The translations under genes and the position numbers were made by a program. This document shows, piece after piece, positions 52,402 to 64,000 of a stretch of 64,000 nucleotides of DNA. Source of the DNA: Sphagnum compactum (Eukaryota). Position 1 is the first letter of the stretch. Each line of letters starts with the position of its first letter. The stretch spans positions 28,696,213 to 28,760,212 of the forward strand of contig OZ234493.1 of the NCBI GenBank assembly GCA_965153455.1. Direction: 5' to 3'. Under the pieces are notes generated by a model, which saw nothing but the letters and a program-made list of their open reading frames with translations, was not told the origin of the DNA and ran no database searches.

Positions 52402-53897
52402 TACAAGAAACTCATTTCACATGTTGGGCAATGTCAAAACTTTGCTTCTATTAGTCTGTGTCCTAGCAGCTGATAATTGATGCGAGAGTAGTTTCGTAGC
52501 ACATGACTGTCTGGCCATGGATGACATTATTGAAGTCGCTTCCTCAATATTATCTGTCAGACTTTCACTTTCCTCACCGAAAGTGTTACCTAGTTTTTAG
52601 TGTCCTTGTATGAACGACTGGTGACTACCAAGTCACTGGGTTGTCCTTGGGGGCTCTACTGGTTCAGATAGAGGAGGTTGTAAGTCATAACCCTCTCTAT
52701 GCAGATCCCTCAGTACCTGAGGCTTTGATTCCAGCTTGTACAGGAGCCAGGCAAAATGACCCATCACAAGGTTATGGCAGGTGGAACCGGAAACTGCTGA
52801 CAATTTTTCCAATAGCTGTCTCTTTGATTACTAGCTGATATCTGGAGTGAGCGTTCCCATGGCTTCTGGAATCGTGACAAAAACTCTCAGGACACAGACT
52901 TTGTACAAGGTTCTTTCCCAAAAATTTCCAGCGGATTAAATATTGACGCCCATGTTCGGGGAGCTCAGGAAGTGAGTAGCAATGAATGATTGGTGGTCAG
53001 TGCCATTTATTGCTGCTGGAGACCAGAGCCTATCAACAAAATCAAAGAACCACCCAACACTTGTTTGTATGTAGGGGAGTGCAAGTAGGTTGTTGTTGGA
53101 GGTGCAACCAAATGGAAAAAGTGTTCCTGTCGATCCATCATCCATCCCTCAGTTACACTGTGACTGTCAGTTCTCTGTGGTGTTGTTCTCTGGGTGTGTG
53201 TGCGTGTGTTGGGGTGTTGGGGGTGGAGGAGGCAACACTACCAGCTCTGATATAGTTGTGATCTTCGAAGACGAATGAAGATTTCCCCTAAATCTTTGGG
53301 GATCTCTCCTGTTTCCAAGGCCTGAGGAGTGAGGCAGGGTACCTCTTGCACCAACATGTCAGACTTGACACAAGAAAATCCCACCCACCTTTGGCATGAA
53401 GTTGACCAGGGTGAACCAGTTAGTAGGTAGCAAATGGAAGTAGGTAGGAGGTAGATAATATAAGGTAAGGGAAGTAATAAGTAGGTAGGGAATATTATTA
53501 TATATTAAGTAAGTGCTTATTATGTAGGTAGGTAAATGGGTAATGCGCTTGGTGTCTACTAGGTAGGTAGATACATGTGGATGGATGTTGTTGCATAGCT
53601 AAATCATTGTGGATAGCCACGGGACATACATGAATATGATGAAAAATGATGAAAAATTGTATCCTGTTCGTTCGCACATCATCCAGCCGGCATTCTGCAG
53701 TGTTTCACTTCTGCTTGGTAAAAGTTTCACAACCCGGATGGATGGTGTGTGGACAGGAGAACACCCTCTTTTATTGAATTATATTCCTATTCCGTGGCTA
53801 ACCATGGTGGTTAGCTATGTATGTCGGGTAACTTGGGTGGTTACCTACGGAGTTTGAGAGGGATGCTGGAGGGTTTATCGAATAGGTTAGCAACCAA

Positions 53898-54210
53898 AAT
53901 CCCTAGTTCCCCACAATGATAAGCCCTAGTTCCCCTAACCATGATTCAGAGAGATGCCAACCCTTGATGAAACCACAATTGGGTCATAACTAGCATTGGT
54001 GTGTGCTAGGGTTACATAATCCCTAGTTCCCCCAACAATGATTCGGAGTGGGTGCCGGGTCACATAAGCCCTAGTTCGTTCCCCCAACAATGATTCGGAG
54101 AGACGCCAACCCTTGATGAACCACAACTGAGTCATAACGAGCATTGGTGTGTGCTAGGTCACATAATCCCCTTGTGCAGCGGACAATGATTCATTCGTAG
54201 AGACACCAAT
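53898..54210. repeat. Compound tandem repeat
   Basis: ccctagttcccc.acaatgat recurs about 4 times, and gccaacccttgatgaa...agcattggtgtgtgctagg..acataatccc occurs twice. Confidence 0.85.
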
Positions 54211-54699
54211 CCCCTCCCCACCCTCCCCGCATTTTCCTTTGTATTGCATTGGACACTATGGAATGAAGGAAGGAGATTTTTCTATCCCATATAATGAATT
54301 CAATGTTGTTACCTACTCAATTGTTCTTGGAAGCCAAAAAAAAAAAAAAACACTCTACGAAGAAGATGTTTGACTTTATTTGCAAAAGTTAAAAAACAAA
54401 AAAGAATTGTTAGGGAATTTTTTTGGCTCCATTTTGGTTGTTGTGTCTGAGCAGAGATCACACGAATAATGAGGCCCTGTTTTTAGGTACACTCATGGCT
54501 TTTATTGGCCTTGCCTACCAAGGCAAGGATATTATTGTGTTGGGATTCATTATAGAGTGTAGTAGCTTAAGGGATTTTAATAGGCCCCTAGGTAATAACA
54601 ATAGGTCTATTTTTTATATGAGGATTTTTGAAAGATGATATTTTGGCTTGTGTTGAAACTTGAGATATTAGTTATTATATCTGTAAATTTTTTTTTTAT

Positions 54700-54950
54700 A
54701 TTAATCCCATAACAGCCCTTGTATACAATTTTTTATACAAATAATCACATAACAACCCTTCTATACATTTTTTAATACTAATCCCATAACAACCCTTGTA
54801 TACATTAAAAATATTAATCCCATACCCAACCCTTGTATATATTTTTTAATACTAATCCCATAACAACCCTTGTATACATTTTTTTTAATACTAATATCCC
54901 ATAATAGCAATTTGTGTTATATTTTTCTAATACTAATCCCATAATAACCC
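54700..54950. repeat. ~38-bp minisatellite, about 7 copies
   Basis: taatcccataacaacccttgtatacattttttaatac units. Confidence 0.9.
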
Positions 54951-56635
54951 AAAACAAAGAAGAGACATTTCTGACACATATCTGACACCTCCCATCAACT
55001 CCTAATTAAACAGAACCCAAGTGAATTGGGCAGAGTTGGCAGGAGGGGGATTTGATCAATTTGCATTAAATTCTCCATCTGAGCCTTCTTGGCTTTCCTT
55101 TGTCCTTGTTACAACTCTCTGCAAGTTAGCCTAGTGTTGTTGCTTTTTCTTCTCAATCTTGGCATTTACTTCTGCACATTTTTTGTCTGGTGCCCTACTT
55201 CTCCTCTCTACACAATAATGTTACTACCCTAATAAGGCACATCTGCCACACTTGTGTTGCATGTGAGAGGAGGAGGAGGAGGAGGAGGAGGAGGGTAATG
55301 CCACTCTGAAGCCAGCCAAGCTTGATTGAGGTGGCCCTTTTTCAGGCTGTGAAGCCCCCCCCCCTATTATCAATTGTGAAAAATAGTTGTGGGGTGCATC
55401 CAATTATTTATTTATTTTTAATAGTATATTTAATTTTAATTTTTTAATTTTTAATTTAATTTTTTTGGGTGGTGGGTCTCTTTGATTAGTCCTTGCCCCC
55501 CCCCCCCCCCCCCCCAAAAACCACTCACACTATGCCTGAATAACCTGCTGAGAAAAGAGAGAGAAAGAGAGAGAGAAATTATACATACATACATACATAT
55601 ATGTGTACATAAATTATATGTATAATATATATTATTATTGTAAATGTACATTTTTTACTTCCCTTCCCTTTCATCCACTTAGTCATTGGCAGGCTCACCA
55701 TAACATGGATGCCAAATAGATTCACCATGGGAATTGATCATCCATCCATCATCAGCATCATTATTTCCCAATAGGTGCTCTCTCACAAGGCTAGTGGATT
55801 TATTTTTCAACAAATTTCGACCTTTTTCAACAAAAAATGAAATAAAATTTAGGAAATTTTTTATTCAAATTTTTTTTTTCTATTGTAAAATTGACAAAAT
55901 CTCCTAATATTTTTTAGGCAAAAAGTTGCCAAATTTTTTATATCTCAAAATTGGGGCAAAAAATAATTTTTACCAGCTTGCATTGCAAGGTAACCTAGAG
56001 GAGGAGTAAAGTGGGTGGGATGTGCATTTTGTTTGTTGCTTTTGCTTTTTGTTTATTCTAGTGTAAAATTCACCCTAAATTTTCTACCAAAAATTTGGAA
56101 AATAGAAAATGATTTATTTTTTTATTTTAATATTTTGATTTGACCAAATTGAATTAAACCTACCCTGAAATTTCTAACTCATGTCTTTACTCATATTTTA
56201 ATTAGTCTTCTTTTAAATACTCGTTTTCTAACTACTTTGTTTTTCAAACCACTCGTATTAAAAATTTGCCAAAAATTTGATTGATATCACAAAATTGAAA
56301 ACAAAAAAAAAAAATTCTGAAATTTCTAAGGCCATATTTTCACTCGTATTTTAATCATTCTTTATTTTAACTAAAAATATTTTAAATAGATGTATTTTTT
56401 TTCTCCGCCCGTATTTTCACAACTCGTATTTGAACCACTCGTATTTTGATTTGTGTACGTACAGGTCGCGTAGCAGTCGTCGTGGTATGCCTGGGTCCGT
56501 TCGTTCTCCGTGCGTTCCATCCGCGTTCACAACTAGTGGACGGCAAGTGGGGTTTCTGAGAACGCCGAGTCGCCCCTCTCTCTCTCTCTCTCTCCTGTGT
56601 TTTTTTTTTTTTTTTTTGGGTGGCAATTTCGTGTT

Positions 56636-57175
56636 ATAGCCAAAGTGGCGATGATCCACAGCTCGATTTAGCCAAATTTGGCTACAAGCAAAATATGAAA
56701 GTGAAAATATATGAAAAAAATAAAAATCCTTCTATATTCTTGGCTACCCTACTTGAACCATGTACAGAAATCTGGCGATTTTTTTCCCTTAAATTTTGGT
56801 CAAATTATGTCTATTGAAAATCTCAAAAAGCACATGTTTTTAGCACTTTTTATTTTTTATTATGGCATTTTGGCTACATATAGCCAGCCAAAAAAAAGGC
56901 AGAGAGCCTTTTTTTTTTCGCTTGCTTTATACTATAGCCTAGAAAGCTATATTAAAATATAAAAGTGTGAAAATCAAGTGCGTTTTGAGATTTTAAATAG
57001 CCATAATTTCACCAAAAGTTAAGAAAAAAATCGCCAGATTTCTGTACTTTATTCAAGAAGGGTAGCCAAGAATATAGAATTTTTTATTTTATTTATTTTT
57101 ATATTTTCACTTTCATATTTTTCTTGTAGCCAAATTTGGATAAATCTTCCTGTGGATTTCGCCAGTCTGGCTACA
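56636..57175. mobile_element. MITE-like element with ~155-bp inverted arms just upstream of the RME-8-like gene
   Basis: tagccaaagtggcga...ccaaatttggctacaag...tacagaaatctggcgattttttt (56636-56790) is mirrored at 57020-57175. Related fragments occur at ~7930-8060 and ~15445-15610. Confidence 0.8.
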
Positions 57176-58140
57176 TCGCAACAAAACTGACGAAAAAAAC
57201 ACTGCGGGTCCCCTCTATCTTCGTCTTCTTCGTCGCCGTCGTCGTCGTCGTCGTCGTCCCGTCCTCTCCGCGACCGCGTAAACCGCGTTTTACCGCTTCC
57301 GCATTTGGACGCTTCCTTGCCCGGCTCACCCAAGTTCTCGTCCCGCACTCTCCCTCTGTGTGTGTGTGTGTGTGTGTGTCTCTCTCTCTCTCTCAGAGAC
57401 AGGATTCGGTAAGATCCAACTTTCATGCCTTGATCACTCGAGATCCAACAACTACAAGAAAAAAGAAGGGAAAAAGGGACTATTAGTTCTAGATGCATGC
57501 AGTGGCTGGATTTCCATGGCAGATCTAGAAGAGTGCCTGCCTCCAATCAATTTGTAGACGCTGCTGCGGCTTGCTTGGTTTTGTGATTGCAATTTTTCAT
57601 TTCTGCACATGCTCAATGTGAGATTAATCTCACGTATTTTTCAAAAAAAAATCTGGGTTTGATTTTGTTTTGGGGGGGATACTCTTCAGGAATGGTTCTG
57701 TTTTTTTGGCAAGCACCTTCGACTCCGATTTTCAAAAAATTTATGATGAGTTGTAAGCTTTCTTCGACTTCTGTGGGTTTGGCTTCCAACTCTCGTGACT
57801 AGACACAAGCTGGGGTCGAGTACGTTGGGGGAAACTTCAATATTGTGTACAAGCTGCTGGTTGATGAGTTCTTTGTTTTACTATGCTTTTGGGGGAGGAG
57901 GCCTTGCATTTGATTATTGCGAAGGATCCAATCATGGGTAGCTTGGAAGGCGAGGAGTAATTGCGGAAAATGGAAGTTCTGGATGCTGCTCTAGTGAGGT
58001 TGCAGTGAATGGGGTGGTGGGTGTTCTACTATTGCTGGCATTTTTTGTTTTCTGGGAAGCTCTGGTAGAGAGTACTAGAACTCTAGTAGATCCAGGAGCA
58101 GTTGAGGAGTTGCTGTTGTGTGGAGGCGGAGGACATCATC

Positions 58141-61100
58141 ATGGATTACCAGGTATTTCTGGTGCGGCAAGGAGGAGGAGGAGGTCGTTCCTCATCGCGA
58201 GCTGGGATGCGTCTTCTTCTTCTGCGAGTGCTTGAACATGGAATCTCGGTGCTACCATTGTCGACGAATACCAATTCTTCTTCGGCGGTGCAGCTGCAGG
58301 AGGAGTACAGCTTCGAGCATATTGCCAAAGTGACGGCCTCCCAGGACGATCCTACAGAACTGTGTTTGGAAGTTCTTGACATGACCGGGGGCAGCTCCAG
58401 ACAACAAGGTGGTGGTCTTCTGCGCAGCAGCAGCAGCAGCAGCTACGACACTCTTCGCTTCTTCTGCGATTCTAGATCTCACCTCCTCACCGTTCTCCTC
58501 AACAGAATCGACGATTTCAACGGCATTGGTGAGTTCTCACAGTTGCCATCCCACGCCCCCCGCCAGTCCCTCTTCAGAACGCTGCCTTGCTCTTATACTC
58601 TGGCACAAACAGCATTGCAAGAATTCAGGGAGAAGATTCAAAGCCCCAACTACCCAAGATGCAGAAGAATCTAAAAACCCTAGAAATTCGCATTAGATTC
58701 AACGCTCCAACTACCCAAGATGCAACGGAAGAATCTGAAAACCCTAGAAATTTGCATTAGATTCAAATTTCCAACTACCCAAGATGCAGCAGGAGAATCT
58801 GAAAACCCTGGAAATTTACATTAGACTCAAAGCTCCAACTATCCAAGATGCAGCAGAAGAATCTGAAAACGCTAGAAATTCACACCACCAGATTTGACAG
58901 ACTTGAGATCTCTAGGGGGAAGCTCTGGGTGGTGCTGGTGCTCCATTTGCAGCTCCTCCTTATACACCCAATGGAACTAGGGTTTAAGGCATTTTGATTG
59001 ATTCATAAGGCTGAAGCTGCTGCATTGTTGACAGAAATATTATGGTATTACTTGTGTGGCTAGAGTCTTGATGAGAGTCTTAAGAGCCATGGTTTAGGGT
59101 CAGCAAAGACTGACCTGATTGAGTAGATCCGAGAGCTGCACAAATGCTTTGGTACTTTCTCAATTGGAATTTTGCAACTAGACCTGCAGCTTTTGGGGTC
59201 TCAGATGGGTCCATCCACATTGTTGCCTGAAACCCTATTTCAATAGCTATAGGTGGGAGCTTCTGCTGGAGCTCTTAGAATGCAACAGATGGGTCGTCTT
59301 GCAGCATGAGGCAGGTGGATCAGAGATTGTTGTTTTTTGTTGTTTTCAAAAGTATCAGATATATGGTGAGTCTTGAGGTGACAATCAGAACATGAGCTGC
59401 TTACAATCTACTTTGGCCTTTTTGTGTTTGTGTTTGGGTGATTTGGACTACCAGGTACAGACTTTGTGCTGAAGAAACACAGCAACCAACGAGGAGGGTT
59501 GACAGATACAGTTCTTCGAGTTCGGAGCACCTCAATTATCAAGATGGTTAACACTGGCCACCGACAAGAGCGGCGCCGAGTAAGTAGAGACTAGGCTGCA
59601 TTTTGAAGAGAACAAATGTGTTGAGGGTGGGCTGCTGGATGGATGGATTTCTGATTTGGGTCCCAGTGCTTTGATGAATTTACACTAAGCAATCTGGAAA
59701 CTGTTATGTGTATATGTAATATACGGTTGTTATTTCTCATGTTATGAGGACAATTTCCATTACAGATGAAAGCAGCAAAGAGAGTAAATTTCATGGATAT
59801 CGTGAAGCTAGAAACCCTCACCGATGAGGAGCACATTGTGCTGGTGTATCTCAACTCCCGTGTCATGCGACTTTCACTGAAGGACTCACTTCCATTTTTA
59901 CTTGCTGTGCAACGAAACATGAAGGTGAGGGGAACTGTTTTGGCTGCCAGATATACATATATATGCCCTTAGACTACATGAAGAAGCAGGTTGTTGTTGT
60001 CTCTTGATGCAGCAGTGGATGAGTTTTGAGCAATCGCCACCCACCCTTTGGAAAGCAATTTGGAAAAGCTTCAAAGGAATCTCTTCATGTCACCAATAGC
60101 TGTGATTTGCTACTCAAATGGCACATGCATGTGATCCTTGTTGCTGCTGTAATCTGGCATTAAGCAGAGTTTGTTGTGTTGGGTTGCAGTCAAATTTGAA
60201 ATTGGATATTGAGATTGGGAGGATTACAAGTTCAATGATGGTTGAAAATGTTGCAGCCTACGTTAGAAAAACGGTAAGCCACCTGCTGATAAAAGACAGG
60301 GATTCAAATTTATATTCTCTAAAGAGTCACGGAGGAAGAAAAAGAAGAAGAAGAGGACATGCTATAATGTTTTCTGTTGTACGAAGAAAGTTGCATGGGT
60401 TTTGACAAGTGTAGAATCTGAATTGTTGAATTTTTCCTAAGTGCATTGAAAGGTGATTTCGATGTAGACCTACTTATGGTGGTTGTCTTCAGCTGCTCCT
60501 CCTGGGGTGTTGTTCTGCATCCTGCATACTGAGAGCTTGGTTGACTCTGGAATTAATGCAGAAAGAATCAGCAATCATCTGTGAATTTGAAGTCACAAAG
60601 CGGCAGGATTCAACCAAGCAAGAAAGGCATCGCAAAGTGTGTATGACAAAGGACTACTTTATTGAGATGTGGATTGATCATGTTGTAAGCATTCACAGGT
60701 TAGACCCGACCTTTTTCTTCAGCTCCAAGATGATGAATGTTTTTGCAGAATGCAGAATATTGTTGAGAATGGTACTCCTTAAGAACTTTGGAAGAAATGT
60801 CGGCTACTTGCAGCTTGAAGGACATACTAGGCATTATAGTGAGTGAGAAGGACATGAAGGAAGTGACGCTGGAGTTCCGGTCATGGAGAGCCACCCAATA
60901 CTTCCTTGACGATAGAGATGACTTTGTAGCCAGTGTGACAGACTTGATTGGTATAGGCAAGGGCACTGAGTTCAGCATTCGGCTGGAATCGTTCTTCTCC
61001 CACACGCTCCCGGAGAAGCCACATCCAGCATACCAGGTCACTTTTGTTTACTTGCTAAAAACTGTTTTCCTTTATTATCTTTAAAGGGTTATATGTGCTT

Positions 61101-64000
61101 CATATAACAATATAGTCCAGTTTGCAGATGAATACGATTCTGACTATGCAGATCACATTTTTTTGTGCAGCATGAAGTTGAGGCATATTTCTTAAACCGG
61201 TTCATTGGGACTTTTTATTCCATTCGAGACCCCACTGCATTACACATCGCTCTGAAGGAATATGCCTGCAATGTGCATGTACATCTGCTTGCCTCTTGCA
61301 CCTTTTCTTGAACGCAGGAGGACTAGATGTACTATTGGGTTTTTTCATGGAGGGGTTTATCTCTGCATCTCATTGGATTCGGGTTGTAATTAGTTTGGTT
61401 CTGGTGTGTCAACAACATTTTCATGGTTCTGGAGATGTTGGGGCACAGGTGGGAGATTCACAATGCAATGATTCCAAGGTTCTCCAAGCAGTTGCAGATA
61501 TTCTGAAAGAATGTCTAGGTGAGAGCTCTTCAACTAAAGAGTGAGGGTAGACTCTAGGATCTCAATTGACTTTCTCTTCTTTTCTTCCCCTTTTAAGGAG
61601 TTGGGAATTTGAAATGGTGAAAGAAGTAGCTAGGACACACACAATGTATGGACATTTCACACAAGAAATGTGTTTCTTATTGGCAGTTTCCTTGGGAACT
61701 CCCCTTTTCTTATCATGTTGTTCAAAGTCTTTTTGGATAGTCTTGAATACCACAGTTGCATTGCCAAACCAGGGAACCCTGGCCAGGATTTTGTCCGTGC
61801 CACCACTTGCTGCATTGTGCTACAAAGGCTTTTGGCGTCTCGACCCTGCTTTGAGGCTATCAGAACCATGCCTGATGTTGTTGCAGTGATTTTTCAGGTA
61901 ATAAAAAAAAAATAGTTAGTGTTCCCCACTCAGGAAATCCCAGTTCTGTCAAATTGAAATGTAGGATTCATTTGTGCCTGCAACAAACAGGCTGATGATT
62001 TGCCTCATAGGGTCTCTATGTCTATTCCATTGTGCATGCATGCACCCACTTATAGGAACATCTGTTGTGCTTAAGGTCCAGTTTTTGTGAAGCTGTTTTA
62101 TCATCAAGTTTGTATAGCCACTCTTGATGTGAACCCTAAACCCTATCATGAGATGTCCTGATTTATATATATCCTAGCAGACACCCATTGTGGTCATTGA
62201 GATTTTGACAGTGCCGGCCAGTATTGATTTGCAGTGCATCCGATCAGAAAACAATGTTCTTGTATATCTTGCAACAGTGGTTATCCGTGCAGCCATCAAG
62301 CTTGCAGCGGAACCTGGCACCACAGAAGGTGGCAGTCTTTTGAGGGTGAGATGATTTTTCTGAAGAGAAATGAATCTTTTTTCTATCTCATAATACCTAT
62401 GAGATTTGGAGTGGACACTAGGCTGACCAACTGTTGATAGAAACTCTCATGCAACTAGATCTAGCTCACTTTACAGTCAGTGTCCAGAAATTATCATTGT
62501 GACTACTATTGCTCTGTCCTTTTGTGAACTGTGGGTTTTGTTCGTGTTTGGTGGCTTATTGGGAAAAAGTTTCTTATCCTCAAGAAAAAAGTTGTGGGTG
62601 GGTTGTGGTGGTTGTGCAGCAAGAGTTTGCAAACAGGTTGATGGTGCTAAGTGCTGATAATCTGCAGCAACTAGTGGCTTGTCTTCACACTCATTCACTT
62701 GCCCGGAATAATTCTCTACAGGTCCTATTATATCCATTCATCTAAACTCTATATCTGCATTACGCTTTTGGCTTGCACGGTGACTTATATTTTGGTGCCT
62801 TGACTAAGATGTACTACTTCTTCTTCTGAACTTACCCTACCTTTTGTGGAACTATTCTTCAGGTTGTGGGTCTTTTGGATACATTAGCATTGGTGCTTAA
62901 TTCTCCATCAGTAGACAATGACACAGGACGGATGTGGTTGAAGGTACTCTGAATCTACTGGACCCGGAAATTTTGAACCTGCTGCATGAATAGAGCCTTG
63001 TACTGGACCCATGCATAAAATATTTGTTTTATGGTTTTACCCAGGCTTTTGAGGCATCGATGATGGCAGCAGCAGATATTTTCTGTGCAGTTTCTAGGTC
63101 TCCCAGTGCTGCTATTTTAAAAAGGTACCATCTATTATTCTCTACAAGCAATTTTTCTGATGAGTCCAATAAGAGTGGCTCTATCAGATCTCCCATTCAA
63201 ATCTACAATTTTTTTTTCCTGTCTGACCTTTTCTGTGGTCACAACTCACTTCAATATGAGCTGTGTAATTGCTTGGGAGATATGATGATTGGTCTCATCA
63301 GTGGAAACCACGATCATTAACCGAATATGTGTTATATACAGTAATTCAGAGCTGTTGAAGGCGCTCTTCACAAGGACATCACCACTTATCTCCAGCCATT
63401 TGCAAGTAAGTCTCTACACTGTATTTTTTTCTAGTAGGTACAGGAGAGAAGACAAATGAAACAAATGGCACCCACATGACAGAAGTTATCAGCCAGAGAA
63501 GAAATGAAAGAGAGGGTTTTAGGGCTTGGGGGTTAGGGGCTCAGGTGGGTATGTCCAATCACAGCTATTGGACTGATATAGATTTTGTCCAAGAGGAATA
63601 TGAGCATCACTGTTCTGTCGATAGATCAGAGAGAGTCAATACAGTACTGTCGCTCAAGAATGAAGAACTCCCAATTATGAACTCTCTCTTACTTGCTAAC
63701 AGAGGTTGTTGTGAAATAGGCCACCACTCCTTGTGCCAAAGTAAACATTCTTAAATTTCAGAGCGTTGAAGTTGATGACAATGTGTTAATGGGTAGTTCT
63801 TTTCTTCTGCTGTTATTGACACTGTTTGTGATTGATCAGAGGTTATTGACAGTTGTTTGTGTCTGAGCATTTAGGGTTTAGGGTTCTGAGCATGGTGGCC
63901 TTTTTTTGTGCTTTGCTTGAACTGCAGAAAGTCTGTCTAGGGCGCTGTGTGGTATTACTACACCTAAAGATGTCAATCTTTGCAAAACAGAGCCATGTCC
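58141..64000 (+). CDS. Divergent RME-8/DNAJC13 (GRV2/KAM2)-like protein, 5' part, truncated by the window edge. Exons approx. 58141-58528, 59455-59579, 59766-59924, 60190-60273, 60562-60698, 60784-61036, 61171-61278, 61449-61518, 61728-61897, 62235-62345, 62620-62721, 62863-62943, 63045-63124, 63342-63405, 63928->64000
   Basis: A phase-consistent GT-AG exon chain. Motifs are colinear with the RME-8 N-terminus as I recall it: TLRFFCDSRSHLLT, ICEFEVTKR...RKVCMTKDYFIE, TLEF...YFLDDRDDFVAS, QRLLASRPCF, LRQEFANR, GLLDTLALVLNSP, SPSAAILK, LLHLKMSIF. A probable 5'UTR exon ends at gattcg|gtaag (57408). Confidence 0.72.
58635..58885. repeat. ~63-bp minisatellite x4 in the first coding intron
   Basis: gattcaaa..ccaactacccaagatgca...agaatct.aaaaccctagaaatt..catta units. 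Confidence 0.92.

Larger units (their letters stand above)
39393..53120. repeat. Large inverted duplication: arms 39393-43548 and 48928-53120, spacer 43549-48927
   Basis: The arms are reverse complements from ...ttgggtcccttac / gtaagggacccaa... to tttttccatttggttgcacctc / gaggtgcaaccaaatggaaaaa. The ORF track is mirrored. Confidence 0.97.

Noticed and set aside
39393-53120. Inverted duplication as a simple assembly artefact
   Set aside because: The arms differ by many substitutions and indels in intron and flanks and have distinct neighbours. Not fully excludable without reads.

Overview
This is eukaryotic nuclear DNA: spliceosomal GT-AG introns, TTTAGGG-type repeats and AT-rich TE debris. 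A flagellated-sperm land plant, probably a moss such as Sphagnum, is my inference. Five protein genes can be assembled by hand. (1) A cytosolic HSP70 (minus strand, 2 exons, 649 aa) whose promoter is a triplicated module carrying heat-shock elements. (2) A 16-exon, ~1500-codon gene (18022-29000, +) combining a p28/AXDND1-like axonemal dynein light-chain domain, coiled coil and C-terminal EF-hand; it has an apparent in-frame TAG in exon 5 and an 8-copy tandem array of one of its own splice donors. (3, 4) Two near-identical SF3A1/SAP114 splicing-factor genes forming the ~4.2-kb arms of a head-to-head inverted duplication (39393-53120); the 5.4-kb spacer holds a decayed Mutator-like transposase bounded by its own older inverted repeats. 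(5) A strongly divergent RME-8/DNAJC13-like gene running off the right edge. Intergenic DNA holds a full-length decayed PIF/Harbinger (TIRs, TTA TSD) interrupted by a solo LTR (5-bp TSD), a hairpin made of two head-to-head MITEs of that Harbinger family, hAT and Ty3/gypsy relics, and many minisatellites. Exon models and family calls come from reading the sequence and recalled motifs; no searches were run.
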